A DNA stretch of 64,000 nucleotides, taken from Monocercomonoides exilis PA203 (taxonomy: Eukaryota; Protista; Preaxostyla). The stretch is from positions 682,001 to 746,000 of the forward strand of contig LSRY02000011.1 in NCBI GenBank assembly GCA_001643675.2, in the 5' to 3' direction. The notes beneath the pieces are model-generated. The model did not search any database, was not told the origin of the DNA, and saw only the letters and a program-made list of their open reading frames with translations. This document shows positions 9,916 to 22,900 of this stretch, one piece after another; the first letter of the stretch is position 1, and the number at the start of each line of letters is the position of its first letter. The position numbers were made by a program, and so were the translations under genes.

Positions 9916-12900
9916 TCAACTTTTAAGATCATTGATAGATTGGTATTGTCTGCGCTTTTTGTTTCTCATTATACAAACAATCACAATCACAACAACTACA
10001 ATAGTTGCAACAAATGCACTCACCGATGAAATGATAATAATCAGTTGGGACTTTGTCAGCTTAGGATTGTTTTTCTTTTGCTTCACTAGAATCACGTTTC
10101 TGGTGTGCTTCATCTCTCCTTTTGTCTTTCCGTTCAGATATGATAGTCTGCACACAACTGAAGAATACTCGTCACCATCCAGCAGCGCTCGAGGTACCTT
10201 AGCTTTCATTTCGGTTTCATCCACATTCTCAGAAATTGGACAATCAGTCCATTTCATCTCTTGCCCTTCTCTTTTTTTCCAAACTTCAAATTTCAATCCA
10301 CATGGGAACAAATATGAACCATGAGCAATAACTTCCACTTTTTTGTCTTCCTCCTTTTCTTCTGCTTCCACATTCTTCTTTTCACCCTTTAATGAAACCT
10401 TCTTTTCAATAATCATTGTCACATTTTTCAATGAAGGTGAAAAAAAATACGAATCCATCTCATATGCAGCAGGTCCTTCAACATCGCCATCTGTAAGCAT
10501 CCCAAACGGCTTCCCTTCTAATCCATCGCTTCCAGGCGCCAAAGACACGATATTTATCGAAGAGCGGTACTTATCCAACGCTCTAATATTGTGTCGCAGA
10601 GAAGGGAATTTCTCCCAGTCCTTTCCAACTGGATGATTGTTGTCAAAGCTACAGTTGTTCAAATCCATAATGCACCCGTCTGTGAAAATTGCTCCCTCAC
10701 TAATTTCAGTAAATGAACAGTCGTTGAAAGTTGTGCGAGAAGCCTCAAGAAGCGTTACCAGCCCTGAATCCCACATGCACAGTTCATTATTTTCTTCCCT
10801 TTCTTCATTCACTTCCCCCAGTTTTTCATATTGTTTACCCATCATCAATTGATTGTCAGTCTTTATATTTCTGTTGGAATCACATTGGCTTTTTTCAGAA
10901 ATGTTTCCGTTTCGACCGTAAATAACAAGCTGTGTAAAATTTCCACAAACATTGTCGATCACAATAAGTTTGTATGGTAAAGGCTTTCCTTCCCCACCCA
11001 GAACATCGTTTCCCTTCGGCTCAGCATACCAGGGTCTGAATATAACATCAATTATTATTAGCCCTTTGTTTGCATAAATCACATCAAGTGCATCTCCTTT
11101 AATGGAATCTGGATATTCTATGTCAACATGTTCAAATGAGCTGTCACAATATGCTATCTCAAAAACGGCTTTTGTGTTTTCCGCATTGATATTTGCTTCG
11201 ATATGGAGAATTCCTCGATTCTGTTCACCACATGAGATTGCTGATGAAAATGTCACATATTGATACAAACGAAATGATTTCGTAACGGAGACTTTTCCAA
11301 TCACGCCAATTGTCAATTCATCCCGCGTTGCATGTTCCAGCCCTGTGCTAATGGAATCACATGGTTCTTCTTTCCTTCCGCATGTCTTTCCACTGTTCGC
11401 TTTATCTCCTCCTATAAAGATATTATGCGAATGATATGGAAGCCTATTTTCTTTGTCAACCAAAAGATCAACAATGCCTTTTCCTGCTCCCTTTCTTCCT
11501 TCCAAAAGCATCAGATTCCCCTTTCCGTAAATATCTTCCATCTCAAACTCAAAAAGCTCTTCTTTGAGCTGCTCTATTCCTGAAGGCAAAGAAAGGAAAG
11601 CAAATTCTCCTTTATCAGCCGAACAACTGGAGAATGTCAGACATTCAAATGATAATTTTATGGGATCAATGACATCATCAGAAGCGCGAACATAAATCGC
11701 TCCACCTTTTGATTCTTCGTTTTGACGAGAACTCAATTTTCCTTCTTTGCACGAACAATTAGTAAAACTTATGCTAGAAAGTGTTAAATCACTATCGCTA
11801 TTCCCTATTTCTGCGTACAAACAACCTCCCATTTTGTGTTCAATTGACATGCAATTCGAAAAATCACCATTTTTTATTGTTGCGGAATGATGTATCTTCA
11901 AGATGGTGATGACTGATTGTATTTTGCTTGTTGTCGAAATTGAATCAATAGAGAACATAAAAATGTACACTATTTCAGAATCTTCTGCAAGTATTGACGC
12001 ACAAGAGGAAGTAAAATGTGTGATATTAATGTTTTCAAGATTTATTGTACCACCTTTGCAGTAGATTAGAGCACAGTTTAGAACTTTATCAGAATCGGTT
12101 GAAGAGATGCTCGTCTGGAAAATATCAAGTTCTGAGCCAGCTCCATCAACCACAGCAAATCCATTATTTATACCACTTGCCCGTGTCGTATCAACAAAAA
12201 CGTTAGCACAATATAATTCTGTACGCCCTCCATTCTTAGTATTAAACATCCCTTCTCCCAATTGTATCTTTGCTTCATCCAAAACAGTTTTTAAACTTAT
12301 CATATATTCCTCGTCTCTGCTCGTAATTGTGATGCGTTTCTTTTCAACTATTATCGGTTCTGTATCATACTGGTTGCAGTCATCTGTTGTATACACAGTG
12401 AAAGATCTATCCTCCAGACAGTTCTCAACCGCCATTTTTATCGTTTTGCACGAGATTTTCCCTTCTTTTCCACAATCTGCTACATCAATCCCACTCGCTC
12501 CATTCACATTAATTATTAATGAATTGTAAGCCAGCCAATCATCGTGAAAAGTAACCGAACCATCTTTTTTTATCACTTTGACTCTATTCCTGCCAGAAGT
12601 ACTGATCGATGCTGCATCAAAAGGTGATTTGCACATATCAGAAACCCCTTTGCAACGTATCGTTGCATCGTCACCTCCTTCTGACGCTAAATTATTATCG
12701 AAAAAACAATTCCAAAATAACGTTTTATCGGCTGGTTTTTCTTTCTCTGCTAAAGCAATTACCACGCCTCCACCTTCCCTTGCTCTGCACTCCACAAACG
12801 AAACATTGATGCACTCAAACTCGGCTGATTGACCCAAATCAAGAACAAAAAGCCCTCCTCCTTTATTTGTCGCTTGACACCCTTCAAACACCACATTTTC

Positions 12901-13956
12901 GAATTTCACTTTTCCATTCATCGCCAAAATCGTTATTCCTCCACCGCAATAAGCTTTTCCATCATCAAACGTTGTATCCAAAACGTTTAATTCGCTATCT
13001 GGATGCAGAATCTCAAAGAAAATGCAAGCTCCCTTTTCTGACTCCAGTGATTGCACACTTGAAAACGTGCACTTTGATATTGTTGCAGAAATTTTCTCTT
13101 CGGCCTTGCTTTTAACTTCCAATAAAGCAGGTCCTGCAGTAATTCTCTCAATAGAGTTCAAACAGCATCCTTCTAGAATGAATGCTGATGGAAGTTCCAG
13201 TGCGCATTGCTTGCTCAACTTCACTTTATTTAAATCGAAGTCTTTCAGTTTCTGTAATAAAACTCCTTCGGATACATAAAGAAAGGCCTTGTCCGAATGA
13301 TAGTTAGTATCGCCTAATTTCCATCTGAGCCCGTCAATCAGAAGTTTTCCTTCTGTGACTCTCAGAATCGAAAATGGAGCGTCAGTATCCGTCCACTTGC
13401 CAAAATCAATGCTGCAATCGCTTATGGTTAAATCTCCATCCACGCCTTTTGAAAGGATAATAGAAGACGTTTCATCTTCAACTTTTGATTGTTGCTTCTT
13501 TTCTTTAAATTGAATAAGCTTGAAACATACATGTTCAAATTTCAGTATTTTCTCGTTTGTCATATAATTTTTTCCTTTCTCAAATATATCGTTCAAGTTC
13601 AATGATGGCATTCTTTTCGCATCTTTATTCGACGCTGCTGTTATCGTCAAGGTAAAATCTTTAGTAAACCGAAAACCGCATGGAATTTCAACTGAATCAA
13701 CAATCTTCAAAGTTCTGCCTCCAATTCCCTCCTCAAACATCTTCATTCCCTTTTCAATTGTTTTGCACGGTAGAGTTTCCGCCCCGCAAACTGGTACTGA
13801 ATCGTTTCCTTTTTCTGAAACATAAACATCAGATAGTGCTTCACAACAATTATGTGAAGGCTCCTTTAAATAAGCTTCTGTATGTGTTTGCTTATTAGTA
13901 CAAAAGATCTGAGTAAAAAAACAAGAAATAAAAAATATAACAAAGATATTTAACAT
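9916..13956 (-). CDS. Type I membrane surface protein, Cys-capped right-handed beta-helix (pectin lyase/PMP-like), 1346 aa, intronless
   Basis: N-terminal signal peptide. Three CG-x(4-6)-C-x-(T/S)I caps. GGG(I/L)/GGA motifs with F..C periodicity. C-terminal hydrophobic helix followed by RNKKRRQYQSINDLKS. Confidence 0.85.
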   Translation of the reverse strand: MLNIFVIFFISCFFTQIFCTNKQTHTEAYLKEPSHNCCEALSDVYVSEKGNDSVPVCGAETLPCKTIEKGMKMFEEGIGGRTLKIVDSVEIPCGFRFTKDFTLTITAASNKDAKRMPSLNLNDIFEKGKNYMTNEKILKFEHVCFKLIQFKEKKQQSKVEDETSSIILSKGVDGDLTISDCSIDFGKWTDTDAPFSILRVTEGKLLIDGLRWKLGDTNYHSDKAFLYVSEGVLLQKLKDFDLNKVKLSKQCALELPSAFILEGCCLNSIERITAGPALLEVKSKAEEKISATISKCTFSSVQSLESEKGACIFFEILHPDSELNVLDTTFDDGKAYCGGGITILAMNGKVKFENVVFEGCQATNKGGGLFVLDLGQSAEFECINVSFVECRAREGGGVVIALAEKEKPADKTLFWNCFFDNNLASEGGDDATIRCKGVSDMCKSPFDAASISTSGRNRVKVIKKDGSVTFHDDWLAYNSLIINVNGASGIDVADCGKEGKISCKTIKMAVENCLEDRSFTVYTTDDCNQYDTEPIIVEKKRITITSRDEEYMISLKTVLDEAKIQLGEGMFNTKNGGRTELYCANVFVDTTRASGINNGFAVVDGAGSELDIFQTSISSTDSDKVLNCALIYCKGGTINLENINITHFTSSCASILAEDSEIVYIFMFSIDSISTTSKIQSVITILKIHHSATIKNGDFSNCMSIEHKMGGCLYAEIGNSDSDLTLSSISFTNCSCKEGKLSSRQNEESKGGAIYVRASDDVIDPIKLSFECLTFSSCSADKGEFAFLSLPSGIEQLKEELFEFEMEDIYGKGNLMLLEGRKGAGKGIVDLLVDKENRLPYHSHNIFIGGDKANSGKTCGRKEEPCDSISTGLEHATRDELTIGVIGKVSVTKSFRLYQYVTFSSAISCGEQNRGILHIEANINAENTKAVFEIAYCDSSFEHVDIEYPDSIKGDALDVIYANKGLIIIDVIFRPWYAEPKGNDVLGGEGKPLPYKLIVIDNVCGNFTQLVIYGRNGNISEKSQCDSNRNIKTDNQLMMGKQYEKLGEVNEEREENNELCMWDSGLVTLLEASRTTFNDCSFTEISEGAIFTDGCIMDLNNCSFDNNHPVGKDWEKFPSLRHNIRALDKYRSSINIVSLAPGSDGLEGKPFGMLTDGDVEGPAAYEMDSYFFSPSLKNVTMIIEKKVSLKGEKKNVEAEEKEEDKKVEVIAHGSYLFPCGLKFEVWKKREGQEMKWTDCPISENVDETEMKAKVPRALLDGDEYSSVVCRLSYLNGKTKGEMKHTRNVILVKQKKNNPKLTKSQLIIIISSVSAFVATIVVVVIVIVCIMRNKKRRQYQSINDLKS

Positions 13957-15183
13957 TTTTGTTTTGATCGAAAAAATAATATAATAATTTATTCATTGCT
14001 TTTATTTGATTTATCAATTTCATAACAAGTTTAATCATTTGTGAGTTCGCATAAATTGTAACGGTGCAATTTGCGTCTAAAATCAAATGAAATACAACTC
14101 AACTTTTACGGCTTTTAAAGAAAAAATTTTTTGCAAAAATTAAAAAAATAAAATTTATGAAAAAGATTCAAAACAGCTTAACAACTATTTTTTCGAAAAA
14201 AATTTCAATTAGAGATCAAAAAAAAAAAATGTCCAGTTTGTCATAATTGATAATGCTTTCGTATGCATGACCGCAAGCTGAGCATTCCTCTCAGGCAAAC
14301 GCAAAGCCTTCAGTCAAAATGTTTCAGACTTCCTCGAGAAAACGAACAAGAAATTCAAATAATTGAAATTTTAATAGTGCTTTAAAACAGTTCTTCTTTT
14401 TTTAATTGTTGAATTTCTCTCTTTCTGCCTCCTTTCGCTTTGTGTTTTCTCGTTTCTGTTACATGTTTCTGTTGTGGATGTTCAAAAGAAGCTAAAAGTT
14501 GCACGGGAGCACAAATCCACTTGGCTTTCTTCATTTTCCAGTTCTCACATTTCCTCGAACTCAAAACCACTGACCACCTTCTTTCATCAAACCTTTGATT
14601 GTCGTTGGATTCTTTGTCACTTCCCCAAAAATCAAAATGTATTTCCGTCAAATGAATTGCAATTCTCTTTTTCTGATAAATGCATCTTTATCGGTCATGA
14701 GATTTATGCTCTTCCTTCTTTATCCCACAACTTGCATTAGCTGTAAAAATGGAATTTCTTTGTTGGAATTCACTTTTCAGTTTTGTTGAACAATTCTATT
14801 TTAGGATAATACTCAGTTGATATCATTCATCTTTTTTAAGATGGAAACAAATTATCTGTATTCTGACTTTGCATAATCCTTTGACGTACTTCTGCAGAAA
14901 ATGCTTGTTCAAAGAATTTCAATTTTGCAAAGAATATTCCAAAATAAACGGGTTACAAAAGCATACACAAAAGCATTGGATATTTCAACTTTTGATTAGG
15001 ATACAAATGAAATTGCTGTGGGTATGTCCGTTCATTTTGGTTTTTTTGTAACAATAAAAATCAAAAAATATGAAGCATGTTATTTCTGTCTGTTTTTATT
15101 TTTATTTTTGTTAAATATTATTTAGAAATTGTGATCAAAAAGTTAACAATATGGGTAGATATCAGAAACCGTTTTGATTTATT

Positions 15184-17538
15184 ATGAGCTGGGAAACCAC
15201 ATCAAAAGCAGGGCCCGTTGAAACAGGGTCTATGAAAGTGTATAAAGCGCCTGCATCTGGAGACCAATCCATTCGAAGTTTTTATTGCACACAAACGTCT
15301 TCAACATTTTTGCCTCCCCCCAAAAAATCTAACGCTCTTACAAGAGCTAAAACATCTTCAGATTCAGCAGGAGAAAATTCAAGAGATACAACTTCTACTG
15401 GTTTGAAAGTAGAAAGATTTCAAAGTGGTTATTCAGACAATTATAAGCCATTGTTCAATAATCCAAGCTATGATCCCGTACCTCATCCTCTTGAACTTCC
15501 GCCATATCTTCAAAGACAAGCAACTGTTTCTCGTCGCCTTGAATTGGAAGGAGACGTGTTTGGATCAATGACAAAAACAAACTTCACCAAGCCACCAACT
15601 CCACAGCCAGAAGTTCCTGTATCAGTTTCAATGGAGCGCACAGGATATACTCGAAATGCCCAATCGATTTTTGAAGATGAATTAAAAGATGCAGACTTCA
15701 AAGAAAGATCTTTCATGTCCAGTGGGCCATCTCCTGGTTCGACTATGCTTCCTTCTATGAAACTTGAGGCAAAGAAAAAAAATGCGATAGATGCTGAAAA
15801 TGATTTTAAAGGACCTGATCGTTTTTCAACAACATATCGTGCATTTCATACTGCAAGACCGTTACCACGTGGGCCAAAGTTGGCTTCAGCTAATGAATTT
15901 GTTACAGATAGTATATTGTCAATTGGATCGGCCGAGCCAAGCGGGTTTTCACGTTCTGTTATTCCGCTAAGCGATCATCAAGCTTCATTAAAAGAAGCCG
16001 AAAAAGAAGAGCCATCGAAGGAAATGATTCGTGCACTTTCACGTCTTCCTCAGCTAAAGGAAGAAAGAGCACACAGGGAGAATCCACTTATCGATGATGC
16101 AACTTACTACGAAAAACATCCCGAGCAAGCACACAACTTCACGAAAAAGCCACCCACCATTTCGCAGCTGACTTATCACAAACCTCCGCAAGTGACCGGA
16201 TCGGAACCTGTTCCGGAGTCAACAGAAATGACACTTTCAGGCTATTCGCTGAATCAGCGTCCGAGCCTCGGGTACGGGTTTGGGTCAGGAGAACTGGAGG
16301 AGGATTACGGAATGGGGCACGAGGCGCTGGGGATGACGCAGGAGGAGATACGGCATGTGAGAGAGACGGATCCGATGGAGTTTGAGTACCTTCGGAATGG
16401 TACGACGATGAGAAGCGTGTACAAAGTGAGCTATCCGGGGCACAGCGTCGGCGGGCGCGGGGACGACGAGCTGCAGTCTCCGCCAGCGATGACGCGTGCG
16501 TTTGGAACGGGCTCGAACGGGATGCGATTCGCGTCAGACGCAGAGAGAAAAGCATATGTTGGGTCGATGAAGGCGAGGCACTTGGGGATTGGGACTGGGA
16601 ATGTGCTGTCTGCGACTGCTCGATCAATGGGCACGACGAGGGAATCTATTCCGACATGTGTGTTGTGCTTGGCTTTGATGAAAAGAGAAAGGGGAAATGA
16701 TTGTAGAAATTGAGAAGAAATATTTTTATTATATTATTTTTTATTTTATTTGTTTATTTTGAAACATTCTTTTTTTTCACATCCAATATTTTTTCTTTTC
16801 TTTTTTTTTTTCTTCTTCTATTCTTTTTAAGTGCGCAAAGAACACACAGGCTATTCTGATAACACAGCACCTTCCTTCCGCGCCAGGGAGTTTCGCTCAG
16901 AGCCGCTTTATCTGACACCTCAGCAGCAGACAGCAGCAATGGTGTCTAAAAGGCTCGATTATGAAGGAGATGTGAAGACTTCCATATACAAGAGCGATTT
17001 CAAAGCTCCTGTGAAGCAGAAAGAGGAGAGAAGGGAATTCTGGAACAAGACATCAATCGGCAGGAGAAGTGGAAGCAGCGATTATAACAGCGATTATACC
17101 AGTGGGCTTGGAGACACAGCAGCAGGCGCTCGCTCATTTGATACTTATTCACCTCCAGCAACTGCACCTTCATCATACTCTTCCTCTTATTCTTCCTCTT
17201 CTCCTCCTTCTTCTTCTTCTTCGCGCACCCGGATGATGAGCACGTCACAATTGTCACCGGCGCTGTCAGAGCGGCTGGCGCTCACAATGAGCCGCTCTGG
17301 AATGAAGACCTCGTCTCAGATCGGCTTGGGCGCTGCGTCTGGTTTAACGCCCCGCTCTCCTCTGTCTTCTGGCTTGACCACACGCTCGTGCCATTTGGAG
17401 AGCACTATGCCGCAGATTAAGACGAAAGATGCTTCGGCGATTTTCACTCGTCCAGATGATTTCATTCCATCTTCTGTGGAGATTGAAAAATCGGGTTATA
17501 CCAGATCTATTGGAAGAAATCCTATTTTGCAGAACTAA
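15184..17538 (+). CDS. SAXO4: SAXO4/PPP1R32 (IIIG9)-like axonemal microtubule-associated protein; join(15184..16657,16832..17538), 726 aa
   Basis: Motifs FYCTQTSSTF, SGYSDNYKP, DAENDFKGPDRFSTTY, SIGSAEPSGFS and RKEHTGYS parallel PPP1R32 motifs as recalled (FYATSY, TGYKSNFQP, ERENFRHGPRFMTSEY, SIGAKEGSGFT, KKEPTGFS). GT-AG intron 16658-16831 restores the frame. Confidence 0.72.
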
Positions 17539-18069
17539 AGTGTCTTTTAGTGAAAGCAAAAAAAATATTTTTTTTGGAAAAAAATTGATTTGCGCCTGAA
17601 TATGTAATTGAGAGGGATGTTTGAGATGAAAGAAATTGAAGAGTGAAACGAGGAGTATTTTTGAATGCTTTTCTTTCTTTTTTTAATTTTTCAAATCATT
17701 GTTATGTAATCTTTAAATCTTTCTTCGTGTTTATATTTACACGATATTCACTTCACTTTCTCATAACACTATATCTCCGTTTTTCTTGAAACGTTACAAA
17801 AATTTCTGAATTGCTTTGTAAACAATAAAGAATTTCTCAAAAAATAATGAATGGGTTCCGGAAAGATGGATTTCAGTTATTATTGATTATTATGAATGTT
17901 AAACGGTTTGGTTCATTTTGCAAATGCTCATTTTATATTTTAATAGCGTGTACAGGGGGTCATATTTTGCTCAGCGTGGAGCCAGGTTTGCTTTTAAGGA
18001 ACTATTTGAATGATCAAATTTATTCTCTAAACTTAAACTTCAACGAGCAGTAAAAAGAAGAAAAAGACC

Positions 18070-19070
18070 ATGTATCATATGACTGTTTCTCATGTCAAAG
18101 AACATCCGAAAAAAATGGTTCAAACCAATCTTGATGCATTTCTTCAGCAATTCAAAGCAAAGCAAGCAACACCCCCGGAAATATTTTTTACAAATCCAGA
18201 ATCAAAAAATCATTCGATCGTTCCACTTTCAACGAAAATTCGCTGCTTCGATGTTCCTCTTCTCAATTCTCGCGAAAATGATTTTTCTGTTGAGTCTTGC
18301 ATGAGTTCAAAATCTAAAAAGTCTCAAATTATGCCACCATTGAAATTGTATGGTATACGCTTTTGTTTTTATATTCTATTACTATACTGTTTTACAGAGT
18401 TGCAAAGGCTTTTTCACGTTCTTGTCCTCAAATGAATATCGAAAAATCTCCTTCTTTTTTTGAAAGTGAACACGCACTCAAACAAGTTGATGATCAACTC
18501 TTTCATCCAAAGAAAGAAGCAAAATATTTAAATGAGAATGATCCCACGGAACATCTTCCGGAAAACAAAAGCACGTCTCAATTGGAATCGAAATCAGCAG
18601 ATACATTGTTTTTTACAGAACTCACGATTAATCCTTCTCCTTCTTCTTGTACTCGCAGCTTGAAGACAAATTGTGTGTATTTAACATCCCCTGATACTTC
18701 TAAGGATGAAAAAGGACTGGTTTCAATGGAACCTCCTTTTCGAGATAGTTCAAAAATGAATCGTCTTTCGCTTCCTCCAACAAAACCTTCAATGTCTGCA
18801 CAATCTGTGTATTTTGAAAATTGTCAATTAGCAACAACAAATTTTGTGTCATCTTCAGTTCAAAACGAAATATTGGAACCAAAAATCAGAATGCAAAAAA
18901 CTTTATCAACTTTATCTTCCAATGGAACGAAAAGAGAACCCATTTTGATTGAAAACGACAAATATGAAGATGAAGATGAAGATGAAGAAGATTTGTCTGC
19001 TTCAATTGATTCAATGGGATTTTTCTCGCCATTTCATTTGAATGAATTGGCTGCTTTGTTTTCGTTGTAA
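18070..19070 (+). CDS. Hypothetical protein; probable intron 18348-18397, may extend through further 3' exons
   Basis: ORFs 18070-18435 and 18363-19070 join in frame via GTATGG...TTTACAG. No recognisable domain. Confidence 0.5.
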
Positions 19071-19985
19071 TTTTTGTTTCAGATTTCACACTTTCTTTTT
19101 CAAACTTCACTTTTATTTTCGACAATAATGAAATGCAACAAAAAATTGAATGAGGCAACAATAATGACTTTTGAGATTCAAATTTTTATTATCTTTTGTG
19201 CATCCTAAGAAATAATTTTGATCTTTTGCGCTTTCTCAAAACTATTTTTGTTGACAGTTCAAGAGAAAAATTTGATGAGGAAGGCTCAACTCCCAAAAAA
19301 TCGCTTCATCCATAAAGAACAAACTTATCATCAATTTCTTGTGAAGAAATAAATAAGCTTTCGTCAAACTTTGTTTCTACACTTAACTTATTTGTTTGCA
19401 AAAAAAGAAAAACAAATCTGAAAAACTTAAAATAAAACGAGAAAAATAAATCTTTAACAAACTTTTTCAATCTTCAGTGAGACGCATTTTTGATAAAATA
19501 TTCTTTCAATTCCAAAAGCTAAGCTTATTTTTCGTTTTCGTCTGAATATTAAAGTTCTAGCAATGATGACAAATGTTATCTATCTTCTGAGAATGTTACA
19601 CATGGAAATCAAGCTTCAAGAATCTCCGTTCAGAAGGATTTCATCCAGTAGGCTGTTGAATTATTGAGAATCACTTCAGTTGCTTTTCAGGAATTCAAAA
19701 AAAAAAGTGCATGAGATGAAATACGAAGATTTCATGTGACTATTGAAAAAAATGTTTGTTAAAAGAAAAGAAAATAAAGGGAAAGAGAAGCATACTGTTC
19801 ATGATATAGCAAATTCAGCATCTTTTGTAATACTCTTTTTAATGCTTGAAGTTTAACCAATCTCCATTTCGATAGCATTTGCTTGGGATTCGTTGAAAAA
19901 ATTGCATTTATTCCACTTATTTCATCATCAAAGGATAGTCTGGGGCGCTCTTGCATTCTTCTTTCAAACAAAGTCAAAATTTCAC

Positions 19986-22900
19986 CTATTTTGTCGTTTT
20001 CTTTTGTTTTTCTATTCCTTTGCCCACTTCTTTCAAAGCCTTGTTATCTGTTGTTTTGACTGAGTCATTAATTTCTGCCTTGATTTTATCTTGCTGTTTT
20101 TTGACAGTTGTTTTATTTGCTTCGCTTGATTCAATAACAGATTTTCCTTTTTCTTTCATATTGGCTTTGCCTCCTCTTCCCAAATTGTCTTGCTTGAAAT
20201 TCAGTAAAAGCGCATTGTTACGATGCAAATATCGAACTTGTCTATTTGCGTATTGGCTAAGCAAAGAATTGCATTTTTCTTCTTCTGCCAAGCATTCATA
20301 AAGATCAATTTCTTCGCTTTTCTCTTCTTCTTCTTCTTCTTCTTCCATTTCCTCTTCTTCGTTCTCATTCACAGTTTCTGTGTCTGAACTCTCTTCTTCC
20401 TTCTCTTCTTCTTTCTTCTGTGGCAAGCCAGTTTTTTTATCTTCAGTTGCTTTTTCGCATTTCTCTTTCGTGTCTTCATTTTTGCCTTTCTTGTTTTCTT
20501 GCTGTGGCTGCTTCATTGCGGTGTCTTTGCCTGCACCTTCTGTTGTTTGATCCTTCTCTTTTAAACATTGCTGTGTTTTCTTTCGTTTGCCTTCTTTTCG
20601 TTTCAATCCTTTCATTTTCTTAACATTTTCATTCATAAACAACCTTCCATTTGAAAGACGCTTCAGCTGAGTCCTCAACAACTTGCGCAGGAGAGCGATT
20701 CTGTCGCACAACAATCGCTTCCACTTTTTTTCTCCTTCATTCAGCTCATCCAATGTCTTCATTACATGCGGAGTTTCTGGAATCACAGCCTTATCACCAG
20801 AATCCTTACACTCTCCGTGTGTGCTTTGTTCTCCTTTCCTTTTTGCTTTCTCTCTCAGTTCTCTCCTCTCGTCTTCCTCGTCTTCGCTGCCGTTGTCGAC
20901 ATCTCTGCCATACATCAGCTCCTCCTTCGCCATCTCCAGTCTGTCAAAAAGTGTGTATGCCAAGATCAGATCGCTGCTGATCTTCGACTGCTCGTCAAAT
21001 GTCGCGTAGTGGGGCTTGCAGCAGCGGAGACACAAAAAATGCCATGTTGGAGAAGGAAAAGGAAAACAAGACGGATATTTTGCAGAAGTTAAAGAAGAGT
21101 TAGAAGAATAAGCAGAAGCAGGAGAATGAGAGAGATCTGTGGAAATGGAAGAAGAGGAATTAGAGGAGGAGGAAGCAGAAAATGGATACTGATATTCAAA
21201 CGCAGAAGACAAAGAAGATGAAAACGACGGGAAATGATACAATGAGCTTCTAAGTGAAGGAGAAAGAGAGTGAGGAAATGCCATTGAAGTTGCTGATGGA
21301 GCATAATAAGAAAAAGGCTGCATGAAAGAAAAAGAAGAAGATGACAATAACAATCTTGATGAAGACAAAATTGAAGAATTCACTGATGCTGTATTATTAT
21401 TTGAAGCAACAGAATTCGTGCTTTTTGATGAATCCAAATTGGATAAAGGCAAAGAAGAAGATGCATTTGTTGAACAAGCATCGTTTTCATCCGCTTTAAC
21501 AACTTCAGAACGAGACGGAAACCAATTCGAGTTCTTTTCATTGTAATGGCGGTTCACATCGAAGACTATTTTGCACCCATTTCCCTTTCTTCTCGCCTCG
21601 TTGTGGTAATAAAAATTGTCTGACAGAAGAATCATCTGGTTCCCACACTCGCACACAAACGAGTCCAGTGCAAAGTCTGCCATTGGCGTGCATTTCTCCA
21701 GAAGGATGCTTTTTCTGGTCTGATCAGACAAAAAACTCATTTGCTGATCTGTTGTACTTGTGGCTGCAGAAGTCTGAGAAGCTCCTGAAGCTGTTGGCGG
21801 TGTGTTCTGAATGTAGCGAATGTAATCGCTCATTCCTTCGCTTGGAACGCCAGAAGAATTCTGTGTCGATGCAACACCAGACAAACTTGATTGCAAAGCT
21901 GAAGGAGACTTGACTATAGAAGAAGAAGAAGAAGAACTTGCTCGTGATCGTTTTAATTTGTATAGAGAGAATGGAGGTGGTGGTAGAAATGCTTGCGAAG
22001 CCATTGAATTCGAACGATTTGGATAAATCTGAGTGAATGAAGGAGGAAGAAGAGATGAAGATGGCATTGCAGATGATCCAGGCTCAATAGAACCAGAAGA
22101 AGAGTAGGAGGAAGAAGTACCTGCAACGCCAGGAACGCATCCCATGTCATTTTTTGAATAGCACTTGATTTTCTCCATAAACTCCCTTGAGTCTGCAGAC
22201 AGCAGCTCCTCAGCTGGTTTATTCACTTCCTCCGTCTGAAGCGCAGCAATCAAAAAACTTTTCAGCTCTTTTATTTTCTGACAGGCGCCAGGAATGTTCG
22301 GGTTGTTGCGAAGCGCCTCCAGCGCCTTCGCTGCCACAATGACAGGAGAATTCTCATATTCAGCCAGTTTTGATTCTGCCATCTCTGAGTGAAGATCATA
22401 AGCAGGCTCTTCTGCAGCAAGTGCGAGGCAGCTGCTGTTTTCTTGGCCGATTTCTCCGGTGCTCTCCAAAATGCTCCTTGTTATCTCGCTGCTGGTCAGC
22501 TCTGAAGGGTTGGAGTCGTCGGAGTCTGAGTCGAAGTCTGGGCCGATAAACTCGGCAAAGCTTTTTAGCAGCTCCGTCCGGAAATCCAGCTGTTTTTGTG
22601 CCAAAGATTTGCCGGCCTTCTTTTTCTGACGAGATTTCAATCCTTTTCCTCCTTTTTCGTTTTCAAGTTGTTTGGATTTGTCTTCTTTTAAGTTTGTTAT
22701 TGTAGACTCGTTACTCACTTTCTTATTCAAAGCTTGATCATGTAAAAGATCTGGTGACTGTATAATTAAGTCTCTGTCTATTTCTTCATCATCCTCCTCA
22801 TTAAAATAATCGTCATAATCATTGGCATCTTCTTCTTCTCCTTCTCCTTCTTCTTCTTCCTGATGCGCACTAACAAGTCCTGAAGAATTTTCGGCTGCTT

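Noticed and set aside
14382-14800. Short ORFs between the surface gene and the SAXO4-like gene
   Set aside because: No recognisable motif. Possibly a decayed gene relic, but it cannot be supported.
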